The notes beneath the pieces are model-generated. The model had not been told where the DNA came from. It searched no databases and was given only the letters and a program-made list of their open reading frames with translations. Source: Candidatus Hadarchaeota archaeon (lineage in GTDB: Archaea > Hadarchaeota > Hadarchaeia > Hadarchaeales > Hadarchaeaceae). From it: a stretch of DNA of 32,000 bases. Shown here piece by piece: positions 6,982-14,824 of the stretch (its first letter is position 1; the number at the start of each line of letters is the position of its first letter). The DNA lies in assembly GCA_964514965.1 (NCBI GenBank), contig CAZETV010000001.1, forward strand, positions 963,063-995,062. Reading direction: 5' to 3'. The position numbers and the translations under genes were made by a program.

Positions 6982-7167
6982 CTATCTCTTGGCTTTACTG
7001 CGCAGGAGTTCTTCAACAGCCTCCACTCTTAAACGCACCGCTTCTTTGATGAACTCCGCTCTGGAGGTGTATCCGAACTCTGAGTGCTCGACCACCTTAT
7101 CCACCCGGAGCAGCAGGTCCTCTAGTAGCTGGATTGTTTTCCACCGGCGCTTGGAGCTTCCAACCAT
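6982..7167 (-). CDS. Ribbon-helix-helix (CopG/Arc family) protein, antitoxin-like
   Basis: 61 aa. RWKTIQLLEDLLLRVDKVVEHSEFGYTSRAEFIKEAVRLRVE is a classic RHH pattern: beta-strand, helix, then G-x-S/T-R-S/A-E-hydrophobic helix. Confidence 0.7.
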   Translation of the reverse strand: MVGSSKRRWKTIQLLEDLLLRVDKVVEHSEFGYTSRAEFIKEAVRLRVEAVEELLRSKAKR

Positions 7168-7247
7168 TCTCGACCTCCGTGCGGAAGCTGAAAATTGCTT
7201 AGTCGGGCGGGATGTTTGATCCGGTTGGGGGCATCAAGATTTCCCCG

Positions 7248-7255
7248 TTATAAAG
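7248..7255 (+). promoter_or_regulatory. Putative archaeal TATA box (TTATAAAG) about 30 nt upstream of the TTG at 7285
   Basis: The box and its spacing are conserved at the paralogous locus (TTTATAAA at 10633-10640, TTG at 10671). The surrounding AACCTCCACTyAAA is also conserved. Confidence 0.4.
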
Positions 7256-7284
7256 AACCTCCACTCAAAACCTGGGCGGGTGAC

Positions 7285-7596
7285 TTGAAGTCGATAAAAT
7301 CTGTATTCGGGAAAGATGTCGTCCTGGACTCATCGACCATCAAACAGATTTTGAGAGGACACCCGGAAATGGCGAAACTGCGGGACCTGAAGGAGAGCAT
7401 CTCGCTCGCGGTTGCCTGCCCGGACTTTGTCTTCGGGGGGAGGTACGGGGAACACATCGCCGCGAGGAAAATTGAATCTGGGGCCTTCGAGGGCAGGTGG
7501 ATGATGGTGCCCTACGAGGAAGGCGGCAGGGTGAAGACGGCATTTGTGATTTCGAACGTCGAGAAGGTCAAGAAGGCCGTGCTGTGGAAGCGGTGA
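7285..7596 (+). CDS. Toxin-like small protein with an RGHPE motif (resembles the PBECR/RelE-like nuclease class; family uncertain), upstream partner of DUF2283
   Basis: Track ORF 7195..7596. I trim to the TTG at 7285 because the paralogous remnant at 10671 has an in-frame TAG just upstream of the equivalent TTG. Sequence: MKSIKSVFGKDVVLDSSTIKQILRGHPEMAKLRDLKESISLAVACPDFVF...RVKTAFVISNVEKVKKAVLWKR. Confidence 0.5.
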   Translation: MKSIKSVFGKDVVLDSSTIKQILRGHPEMAKLRDLKESISLAVACPDFVFGGRYGEHIAARKIESGAFEGRWMMVPYEEGGRVKTAFVISNVEKVKKAVLWKR

Positions 7597-7631
7597 TAAA
7601 TAGCGTACGGGGCATCGACATCTTTTTGATA
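7593..7631 (+). pseudogene. 5' stub of a DUF2283 gene (first ~10 codons only)
   Basis: GTGATAAATAGCGTACGGGGCATCGACATCTTTTTGATA aligns with GTGATAGACGCGCGGGGCATCGACATCTTTTGTGATA at 10769. It keeps the same GTGA start/stop overlap with the toxin-like gene. Homology then ends and the frame runs into unrelated sequence. Confidence 0.45.
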
Positions 7632-7745
7632 TTCTCTAAGAAAAAGAATGACCGGCAAAAACTGGCTCAGCATTCAGGGCGAGAGAGAAAACAATCGGTG
7701 CATTTTTTTAAGGAGAGTTATTAAAATGTTAAAGGTGGGAAGTGC

Positions 7746-8033
7746 TTGAGCTTTAGATATTGCCCCGGTGTTAAAGACATCGTTGGGCCCGCGCAGATAA
7801 TAACAAGAACCTGCCCCTCCTGTGGTGAGGAAGTGGAGTTTTTCAGCGATGAAAGCGAGAGTAAATGCCCTAAATGTGGGCGCATGCTGCATCGAGAAGC
7901 TACATCGTCCTGCGTAATTCGGTGCCAGTACGCAGAAAAGTGTATAGCCGATCTAAAAGAAAGAGGTCTAATACCACCGTCGAGAGCTGAAGAGCTTAGA
8001 CGTATAGCAAAAAAAAGGGAATCAAATGAATGA
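7746..8033 (+). CDS. Small Cys-rich zinc-ribbon protein
   Basis: 95 aa. TTG start preceded by AAGGTGGG. Contains CPSCGEEVEFFSDESESKCPKCG (CxxC-x14-CxxC) plus CVIRCQYAEKC. Overlaps the next gene by 8 nt. Confidence 0.5.
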   Translation: MSFRYCPGVKDIVGPAQIITRTCPSCGEEVEFFSDESESKCPKCGRMLHREATSSCVIRCQYAEKCIADLKERGLIPPSRAEELRRIAKKRESNE

Positions 8034-9237
8034 AAATGAGGAACTGAAACGGGCAATAAAGGATTTAATCAAGCAACTGCATGCAGGAAAAAAACCAGAA
8101 GAGATGAAAGAGAATTTTAAAAACGTCCTAAAGAACATAGGCCCAACGGAAATAGCTCGCGTGGAGGAAGAGCTTATAAAAGAGGGCATGCCGCAAGAGG
8201 AAGTTCGAAGACTCTGCGATGTCCATCTAGCTGTCTTCAGGGAGTCGCTCGAAAAACAAAAAGTCGGGGTCAGCTCGGGGCATCCGATCCACACTTTGAT
8301 GGAAGAGCATAAAATTATCTTGCAGTTCTTAGAAAAACTGAGGAATGTTGTAGAGAAGGTCAAACAGGCGGGAGATTTTGGTTCCGTCGGCGAAGAGATG
8401 AAAGAGTTAAAGCATATTTCGGAGCATTTGATGGAGGCGGAAAAACACTACGTGAGAGAAGAAAACGTCCTCTTCCCGTATCTCGAAAAACATCGAATAA
8501 CTCAACCTCCGGCCATCATGTGGGCTGAGCACAACGAGTTGAGAGGGGAAAAGAAAAAGCTTCACGAACTCGTGGAGAAGCACAAGGTTCTAAGTTTTCA
8601 GGATTTCGTGAGGCAGCTTGGGGAAGTTACGCTATCCATTACAGAGCTCCTGTCAAGTCATATTTACAAAGAAAATAACATACTTTACCCTGCGGCCTTA
8701 AGGGCCATAACCGATGAGGAATGGAAAGAGATTAGGAAAGAATGTGACGAACTTGGGTATTGTTGCTTTACACCGGAATACGTTACAAGAGCCGCTACCG
8801 AAGAAGCGGGGAAGGGCGGGCCTGAAAAAGTGCTGGAAGGGTTTATAACATTTGATACCGGGAGCTTGTCGAAAGGGGAGATTGGAGCGATTTTAGATAC
8901 ACTCCCCGTCGACGTCACTTTTATCGATGGAGAAGATACCGTTCGATATTTCAGCAGATCTAAAGAAAGGATTTTTCCGCGGGCAAAAGCGGTTATAGGC
9001 CGTAAAGTCCAGCAGTGCCACCCGCAGAAGAGTCTACACCTCGTCAACCGAATTCTCAACGATTTCAAAAACGGCCACAAAGACGTTGCAGAGTTCTGGA
9101 TTCAAAAAGATGGGCGTACGATTTACATCAGATATTTTGCCGTCCGTGGCATAGACGGGAAATACCTCGGCTGTCTAGAAGTGACCCAAGACATCACAGA
9201 GATACAGAAAATCACAGGAGAAAAACGCTTACTCTAA
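8026..9237 (+). CDS. DUF438 / hemerythrin-like / PAS-type three-domain protein (putative redox or O2/NO sensor)
   Basis: 403 aa. The N-terminal LIKQLHAGKKPEEMKENFKNVLKNIGPTEIARVEEELIKEGMPQEEVRRLCDVHLAVF is the DUF438 signature. The central HPIHTLMEEHKIIL...HYVREENVLFP is hemerythrin/HHE-like. The C-terminal VTFIDGEDTVRYFS...RIFPRAKAVIGRKVQQCHPQKS...FWIQKDGRTIYIRYFAVR is the PAS-like module usually fused to DUF438. Confidence 0.8.
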   Translation: MNENEELKRAIKDLIKQLHAGKKPEEMKENFKNVLKNIGPTEIARVEEELIKEGMPQEEVRRLCDVHLAVFRESLEKQKVGVSSGHPIHTLMEEHKIILQFLEKLRNVVEKVKQAGDFGSVGEEMKELKHISEHLMEAEKHYVREENVLFPYLEKHRITQPPAIMWAEHNELRGEKKKLHELVEKHKVLSFQDFVRQLGEVTLSITELLSSHIYKENNILYPAALRAITDEEWKEIRKECDELGYCCFTPEYVTRAATEEAGKGGPEKVLEGFITFDTGSLSKGEIGAILDTLPVDVTFIDGEDTVRYFSRSKERIFPRAKAVIGRKVQQCHPQKSLHLVNRILNDFKNGHKDVAEFWIQKDGRTIYIRYFAVRGIDGKYLGCLEVTQDITEIQKITGEKRLL

Positions 9238-9270
9238 ACAATATTTAAATGTAAAATGGGGTAGTTCGTC

Positions 9271-10479
9271 TCACAATTTTTTAAATTCGACATTCAAGAT
9301 TATTTCTTTTTTTTCCAATTCATCTAAAATTCTCTTCCGCACCGTTTGGGGTAGTGCCTCGGGTGGTAAAATTCCATGGAGTCTTTTTCCCTTATGAATT
9401 GACTTCAAGAATACGGTCGAGGAAATTGCAGTTGGATAAGAGACATAGTTTGCGCCATGAAGCTTCTTGTTTATCATTTTTTGTGAGAATATTGTGTAAG
9501 TTTTGACCGAGATTTCACTCTTCCCCAGCCGACCTTTGCAGTCAACAAAAATTCCTAAAAATGCATCTTCTAAAATTTCGTCGTCCAAACTTTTAACGAA
9601 TTCCTTGGTGGTCGGTGTGCCCCTGATGATTGAATATGCGAACCTTCTGGGAGAAATTCTGAATTTTCCAACTCTTATTTTTTCATCTTCAAAAATTCCA
9701 AGTTTGAACAATGCCATCAAGACTTCGATATCTCCTCCCCCTCCCTTGACGTCGACATTCCTGACTTTCACGAAATGTGGGATCGTGTAAGGTTCGTCGT
9801 GAGAAAGGAGATAGCAAGGCATGCTGCCGAACGGTTTTGGGTATTCGTATAGCTCCCTCTCGGTAAATGGTTCTTTGACTATGAATCGATAATTCCTGTA
9901 TATGAGCGGGCTTGAAGCAACGTCAAACAAACCCTCTCTCGACCAGGGGAGCACGAATTCCAGACCCCTCTGTTCCTCTAAAGTTCTTATTTTCACACTT
10001 TCCATGGTGTCGAACTCCCCGGTGGACTCCTTTACCATCAAATTCGTTAGGCCCGGGGAAACGCCGGCGTTTATCAGACCGAATAATTTTTCTTTTTCGA
10101 ATTTTTTGTTCAATAAAAGTTGTTCCGCGATTTTTCTCTGGTAATCGCCGTAACAAGCCAAATCTAGATAATTCACCCCAGCCTTCAGGCAAAATTCGAG
10201 AACTTTTAAATTCACCAAAAGGTCTCTGCCGTGAACTTCTATATAGCTCGGAAGGGCATTCACGACAAAATCGCATTTTTTCATGAAACCTTTAACAGCT
10301 TTGAAATTCAGAGCATCGGCCCCTTCGAACTCTATAGCTTTAAAATCTTTCAACAAAAAACTCCTCGCGATTTTTTTGTTCCTGTCTATGCAATAGATTT
10401 CATCCACAAATTTCTCTTTCAAAAGCAGTCTGATTATTGTGGAACCGATCGTGCCGCAGCCCAAAACCAGTATGTTCAT
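9271..10479 (-). CDS. Saccharopine dehydrogenase-like NAD(P)-binding oxidoreductase
   Basis: Track ORF 9271..10539, trimmed to the ATG at 10479 so the protein begins MNILVLGCGTIGSTIIRLL (Rossmann GxGxxG at the extreme N-terminus). The ~400 aa length and VNALPSY...INAGVSPGLTN block fit this family. Confidence 0.7.
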   Translation of the reverse strand: MNILVLGCGTIGSTIIRLLLKEKFVDEIYCIDRNKKIARSFLLKDFKAIEFEGADALNFKAVKGFMKKCDFVVNALPSYIEVHGRDLLVNLKVLEFCLKAGVNYLDLACYGDYQRKIAEQLLLNKKFEKEKLFGLINAGVSPGLTNLMVKESTGEFDTMESVKIRTLEEQRGLEFVLPWSREGLFDVASSPLIYRNYRFIVKEPFTERELYEYPKPFGSMPCYLLSHDEPYTIPHFVKVRNVDVKGGGGDIEVLMALFKLGIFEDEKIRVGKFRISPRRFAYSIIRGTPTTKEFVKSLDDEILEDAFLGIFVDCKGRLGKSEISVKTYTIFSQKMINKKLHGANYVSYPTAISSTVFLKSIHKGKRLHGILPPEALPQTVRKRILDELEKKEIILNVEFKKL

Positions 10480-10632
10480 CTCGATACACTTCCCTCTCGG
10501 CCCAGCAATAGTACTTTTTTCTCCATAGCCTAAAAGCAATCAGATTAGTTTTGTTACATGTCCCGTACTCCAATTTTGCCCTATTACCCTTGATGGAACT
10601 AATTTTTCGTGCAGAGTTCTATTTTTTGCCCC

Positions 10633-10640
10633 TTTATAAA
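10633..10640 (+). promoter_or_regulatory. Putative TATA box (TTTATAAA), paralogous to 7248..7255
   Basis: Same position relative to the TTG at 10671, inside the conserved upstream block. Confidence 0.4.
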
Positions 10641-10670
10641 CAACCTCCACTTAAAGCCTAGACGGGAAAC

Positions 10671-10772
10671 TTGGAATCAGTAAAATCTGTCTTTGGGAAC
10701 GACATCATCCAGGACTCATTTATAATCTCGAACGGAGAAAAAATCAAGAAGGGCGTGCTATGGAATCGGTGA
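10671..10772 (+). pseudogene. Internally deleted remnant (33 codons) of the RGHPE toxin-like gene
   Basis: MESVKSVFGNDIIQDSFIISNGEKIKKGVLWNR joins the N-terminal ~16 residues and C-terminal ~15 residues of the 7285..7596 protein (KSIKSVFGKDVVLDS ... FVISNVEKVKKAVLWKR). The central ~70 codons, including the HPE motif, are missing. Confidence 0.55.
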
Positions 10773-10993
10773 TAGACGCGCGGGGCATCGACATCTTTTG
10801 TGATAGAGATAACGATGCCCTTTACATCAGTTTTGGGAAGGTCCAAGAGGCAGACGATTCCGAGCTGATCGACAACGATGTGGTGGTCAGGTACAGGAAA
10901 GGCAGGATAATTGGCGTCACGGTGCTCGAGTTCTCCAAACGTCCCCCCGCCAAAATATGGGGGGGGCCAGCGAGAGTTTCAACCACCGCCTGA
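10769..10993 (+). CDS. DUF2283-family small protein (antitoxin-like partner)
   Basis: The track gives 10760..10993. I prefer the GTG at 10769, which overlaps the upstream TGA and is conserved at 7593. GIDIFCDRDNDALYISFGKVQEADDSELIDNDVVVRYRKGRIIGVTVLEFSKR matches the DUF2283 pattern (xYDxExDxLYIxL...vD.d..GxivGiEiL). Confidence 0.65.
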   Translation: MIDARGIDIFCDRDNDALYISFGKVQEADDSELIDNDVVVRYRKGRIIGVTVLEFSKRPPAKIWGGPARVSTTA

Positions 10994-11011
10994 ACTTTAT
11001 CCGAAAGAATC
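10981..11011 (+). repeat. Left copy of a 31-bp direct repeat AACCACCGCCTGAACTTTATCCGAAAGAATC
   Basis: 30/31 identical to 14449..14479. Contains the stop codon of the DUF2283 gene. Confidence 0.75.
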
Positions 11012-11102
11012 TCAGCCTAGGAGGCAGTGAATTTTTGAACTCCTCAAATTTTGTTACCTAAAACGCACATAAAATTTTAATTCAAAGTAAATATTGACAA
11101 AC

Positions 11103-11228
11103 ATGAAAAACTTTGAAATCGTAAAGATTCTGGGAGAGATTGCGGGCTTTTTAGAAATGGAGGATGTGAAATTTAAACCCAGAGTAATCAAGAAAATACC
11201 TTTCGGAGCTCATTTCCAATCCCACTAG
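11103..11228 (+). pseudogene. Possible N-terminal fragment of a family-X DNA polymerase (41 codons)
   Basis: MKNFEIVKILGEIAGFLEMEDVKFKPRVIKKIPFGAHFQSH. The opening NxEIaxiLxEIAxxLEhxxxxFKxRa resembles the first HhH helix pair of PolX/Pol-beta-like proteins, and the frame then terminates. Recognition is by memory of the motif only. Confidence 0.35.
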
Positions 11229-11264
11229 CTCTTATTTTTATTTTAGAATAGTTAAATATAAAAG

Positions 11265-12026
11265 ATGATGAAGATTCCTTTGAAAGAGATAGATGCGGTT
11301 ATTTTTGACATGGACGGGGTTGTGACGGATTCCGCCAGCACTCACGCTGCTGCTTGGAAAAGACTGTTCGATGAATACCTGCAAAAACGTGCCCGTTCGA
11401 GGGGGGAGCATTTTCGACCCTTTGACGCTAATGTTGACTATCACCGCTACGTCGACGGCAAGCCTCGGTACGACGGCGTTGAGAGTTTCCTCAAATCACG
11501 TGGGATTTCACTTCCCCGTGGTTATCCAAAAGATACACCTGATCAAGAAACTGTATGCGGACTCGGTAATAAGAAAAACAAGTATTTCCTCAATCTCTTG
11601 AAAAAACAAGGCGTGAAAGCCTATCAGTCCTCGGTCAAATTCATTCGGAAGCTTAAAACGAGAGGTGTTCGAACAGCCATCATATCTTCGAGCCGGAATT
11701 GTAGCGAAGTGCTGGAAGCGGCGGGTGTCCGTGGCCTTTTTGATGTAAAGGTCGACGGCGTGGACGCTGCAAAGCTTGGCCTAAAAGGTAAGCCAGATCC
11801 GGCTATTTTTCTTGAAGCCAACAGGCGACTTAACGTGGAGCCAGCACGAACCATGGTGATCGAGGATGCGCTAGCAGGAGTTGAGGCAGGGCATCGAGGC
11901 AAATTTGGGTTTGTTGTCGGAGTAGACCGATTAGGGCACTCTAAAGAGCTCAAAGAAAAGGGCGCAAACTTAGTGGTTCGGGACCTCGCCGAACTAGAAA
12001 TCCACGATGCCGAGAAGGAGGGTTGA
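11265..12026 (+). CDS. HAD-superfamily hydrolase, beta-phosphoglucomutase family
   Basis: 253 aa. VIFDMDGVVTDS is the DxDGxxTDS nucleophile motif. It also has AIISSSRN, GKPDPAIFLEA and VIEDALAGVEAG. The 4-nt overlap (TTGA) with the GH65 gene fits, since GH65 enzymes release beta-glucose-1-phosphate. Confidence 0.75.
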   Translation: MMKIPLKEIDAVIFDMDGVVTDSASTHAAAWKRLFDEYLQKRARSRGEHFRPFDANVDYHRYVDGKPRYDGVESFLKSRGISLPRGYPKDTPDQETVCGLGNKKNKYFLNLLKKQGVKAYQSSVKFIRKLKTRGVRTAIISSSRNCSEVLEAAGVRGLFDVKVDGVDAAKLGLKGKPDPAIFLEANRRLNVEPARTMVIEDALAGVEAGHRGKFGFVVGVDRLGHSKELKEKGANLVVRDLAELEIHDAEKEG

Positions 12027-14422
12027 TTGAGTTGGGAATTTGGTCACTGGCATACGAGAGTTTCGACCCCTCCCAAGAGCGCCTGCGGGAGACCCTTTGT
12101 ACACTCGGCAATGGTTATTTTGCCACGCGTGGTGCTGCCCCAGAATCCATTGCAAGCGAGGTACACTATCCAGGCACATACGTGGCCGGATGCTTCAACC
12201 AGCTGAAATCAGAAATCTCCGGTCAAGTCATCGAAAATGAAAGTATGGTGAATGTACCCAATTGGCTTCCCTTAACTTTTCGATTAGAAGGTGGAAAATG
12301 GTTTGACCTAAAAGAGGTCGAGCTAATAGACTACCGTCAAGAGCTGGATTTGCGCAAAGGTGTGCTCACTAGGTTCATTCGCTTCAGCGACGAACAAGGA
12401 AGGCGAACTCGAGTTATTCAGCGCCGTTTTGTTCACATGGGAAACCCACATCTCGCTGGTCTAGAGACAACGATCGTGGCTGAAAACTGGTCAGGGCAAC
12501 TCCAAATTCGCTCTGCCCTTGATGGCCGGGTAGCCAACACCGGAGTCGAGCGTTATCGCCAGCTCAACAACAGACACCTCGAACCAGTTGAAACTGCAGC
12601 CAATGATGATGTTATCTATCTACAAGTAGAGACTAATCAGTCCCATATTCGAATCTCAGAGGTTGCAAGAACAAGGCTATTCATGGATGGAGAGTTGATC
12701 AAAGCCGAGCGGCATGTAATCGAAGAGCCGGGATATATTGGCCATGAATTTTCAGTCAACTTGGAAGAAGAGAAGAAAATAACAATTGAAAAGATAGTGG
12801 CTCTCTTCACCTCCAGGGATCAGGCAATATCCGAAAGCGGCCTCGAGGCTAAAAAGGAGATCAACCGCGCCGCCAGCTTCGATGAATTACTCGAGCGCCA
12901 TGCCTTAAGTTGGGATCATCTCTGGCGCCGATGCCACCTTTCGATTGAGGGTGATGAACGCCTAGCAATTATCCTCCACCTACACATTTTTCATCTGTTG
13001 CAGACTGTATCCTTAAACACAATTGACCTAGATGTTGGAGTTCCCGCGCGCGGACTGCACGGAGAGGCTTATCGCGGACACATCTTGTGGGACGAGTTAT
13101 TCATCTTCCCCTTCCTAAACCTTCGTATTCCAGACATCACACGTAGTCTGTTGATGTACCGATACCAACGTCTCCGGGAGGCACGCTCGGCAGCGAAAAG
13201 GGCTGGATACGACGGAGCGATGTATCCTTGGCAAAGCGGCAGCAACGGTCGCGAAGAAAGTCAAACACTTCACCTAAATCCACGCTCTGGGCGTTGGATA
13301 CAGGATAACTCACACCTACAGCGTCATGTCAACATTGCAATTGCCTACAACGTATGGAGTTACTATCAAGCTACTGGCGACACCGACTTCATGTCCTTCT
13401 ACGGAGCAGAAATCATCATTGAGATTGCGCGTTTCTTGGCGAGTATAGCCACATATAATCGGTCACTTGATCGTTATGAGATATGTGGAGTCATGGGGCC
13501 TGATGAGTATCATGACAAATACCCAGATACTGATAAACAAGGTATAGACAACAACGCATACACGAACCTCATGGTCGTCTGGACCCTGTGTCGAGCTCTG
13601 GAGGTGCTTGAGCTACTTCCCGACGATCGCCGCGAGTCGCTATGGGAAAACCTAGGCTTAACGCAAGAAGAGTTAGAACGGTGGGACGATATCAGTCGTA
13701 AGATGCGTCTCATTTTTCACAACGATGGTATCATCAGCCAGTTTGAGCATTACAATCAACTTAGAGAGTTCGATTGGGAAGGCTACAAGAAAAAGTATGA
13801 AAACATTCAAAGGCTGGACCGAATCCTCGAAGCCGAAGGAAGCAGTCCGAATCGTTACAAACTCTCGAAACAAGCTGATGTACTGATGCTTTTTTACCTG
13901 CTTTCTGCTGATGAATTGAGAGAGTTATTTGCTCATCTCTCCTACCCATTTGAATACGAAACCATTCCTAAGAATATAGAGTACTACCTCAAACGGACAT
14001 CGCATGGCTCTACTTTGAGCCGGGTGGTTCATTCATGGGTGTTGGCTCGATCCAAAAGAGAGCTATCTTGGAAACTGTTCAGAGAAGCTTTGGAAAGTGA
14101 TGTCTCAGATATTCAGGACGGCACCACATCAGAAGGGATTCATCTTGGAGCCGTGGCAGGCACAATTGATCTCATTCAACGATGTTATACCGGCATTGAA
14201 ACACGAAAAGACACATTATGGCTGAATCCCTCATTGCCAAGGGAGTTAAAGCGGTTGCAGTTCGATATATGCTATCGGCATCATTATCTCAACATCCAGA
14301 TTACACACAATCGACTTAAGATAAGCACCCGTAAGTACGACGTTGCACCAATTAAAATTGGTTTCAGGGGTGAAATCGTAGAGCTTAAACCAGGTGAAAC
14401 CAAGGAATTCACGCTTCGATGA
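12023..14422 (+). CDS. Glycoside hydrolase family 65 disaccharide phosphorylase (trehalose/kojibiose/maltose-phosphorylase type)
   Basis: 799 aa. ETLCTLGNGYFATRGA near the N-terminus; HGEAYRGHILWDELFIFPF, YPWQSGSNGREESQ and VMGPDEYH...NNAYTN are typical GH65 catalytic-domain blocks. AAGGAGGG precedes the TTG start. Confidence 0.85.
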   Translation: MIELGIWSLAYESFDPSQERLRETLCTLGNGYFATRGAAPESIASEVHYPGTYVAGCFNQLKSEISGQVIENESMVNVPNWLPLTFRLEGGKWFDLKEVELIDYRQELDLRKGVLTRFIRFSDEQGRRTRVIQRRFVHMGNPHLAGLETTIVAENWSGQLQIRSALDGRVANTGVERYRQLNNRHLEPVETAANDDVIYLQVETNQSHIRISEVARTRLFMDGELIKAERHVIEEPGYIGHEFSVNLEEEKKITIEKIVALFTSRDQAISESGLEAKKEINRAASFDELLERHALSWDHLWRRCHLSIEGDERLAIILHLHIFHLLQTVSLNTIDLDVGVPARGLHGEAYRGHILWDELFIFPFLNLRIPDITRSLLMYRYQRLREARSAAKRAGYDGAMYPWQSGSNGREESQTLHLNPRSGRWIQDNSHLQRHVNIAIAYNVWSYYQATGDTDFMSFYGAEIIIEIARFLASIATYNRSLDRYEICGVMGPDEYHDKYPDTDKQGIDNNAYTNLMVVWTLCRALEVLELLPDDRRESLWENLGLTQEELERWDDISRKMRLIFHNDGIISQFEHYNQLREFDWEGYKKKYENIQRLDRILEAEGSSPNRYKLSKQADVLMLFYLLSADELRELFAHLSYPFEYETIPKNIEYYLKRTSHGSTLSRVVHSWVLARSKRELSWKLFREALESDVSDIQDGTTSEGIHLGAVAGTIDLIQRCYTGIETRKDTLWLNPSLPRELKRLQFDICYRHHYLNIQITHNRLKISTRKYDVAPIKIGFRGEIVELKPGETKEFTLR

Positions 14423-14448
14423 GTAGTCTTTTTCATATCCAATCGGAT

Positions 14449-14479
14449 AACCACCGCCTGAAGTTTATCCGAAAGAATC
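14449..14479 (+). repeat. Right copy of the 31-bp direct repeat AACCACCGCCTGAAGTTTATCCGAAAGAATC
   Basis: See 10981..11011. Here the repeat contains the last five codons plus stop (GAT TCT TTC GGA TAA on the minus strand) of gene 14465..14683. Confidence 0.75.
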
Positions 14480-14683
14480 CCCACGGCCTGTGTATCGAGC
14501 AATTACATGACGCAAATCGGCCGGCCTGTTTGAAGTCGCCAGAACGCGCAATCCAGATAGAGACCTCACCTTGCCACACCGTGGGCACCTCTTTGTTTGC
14601 TGGCCGGACTCAACGATTAAAAATTGGTGACATTTACATTGAACAAGCCCGTATCTCAAACGTGTCCGAATTCCCTTTTTCAA
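14465..14683 (-). CDS. Small archaeal zinc-ribbon protein (DUF1922-like)
   Basis: 72 aa, TTG start. LVQCKCHQFLIVESGQQTKRCPRCGKVRSL is a C-x-C ... CxxC ribbon followed by a short helical tail, as in the DUF1922 family. Confidence 0.5.
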   Translation of the reverse strand: MKKGIRTRLRYGLVQCKCHQFLIVESGQQTKRCPRCGKVRSLSGLRVLATSNRPADLRHVIARYTGRGDSFG

Positions 14684-14694
14684 GGACGATGCCC

Positions 14695-14805
14695 TCAGTG
14701 CCTTTCTTGTCGCTGCTCCGATTTCTCCCTCTCCCTTCTCTTTCGCTCTCGGAATCCTTTTAGGATCTTTTTTCTTTTCATCCCTTTACCTCTCATTTTA
14801 GCCAT
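14695..14805 (-). CDS. Candidate very basic micro-protein (36 aa, or 28 aa from the third ATG)
   Basis: MAKMRGKGMKRKKILKGFRERKRREREKSEQRQERH. It fits the 130-nt gap between eL43 and the DUF1922-like gene, and AGAGGTAAAGGG precedes the third ATG. No family recognised; it could be non-coding. Confidence 0.25.
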   Translation of the reverse strand: MAKMRGKGMKRKKILKGFRERKRREREKSEQRQERH

Positions 14806-14824
14806 TTTGCCACAATCCAGCCAT

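Noticed and set aside
6857-7219. 120-aa plus-strand ORF in the track
   Set aside because: It lies antisense to the well-supported RHH gene and has Ser/Leu/Arg-rich low-complexity content with no motif. It is probably a shadow ORF.
7497-7724. 75-aa ORF spanning the end of the toxin-like gene and the DUF2283 stub
   Set aside because: Its first third is an alternative frame of the toxin-like gene. The remainder is the run-on of the broken DUF2283 frame, so it is better explained as a pseudogene stub (7593-7631) plus spacer.
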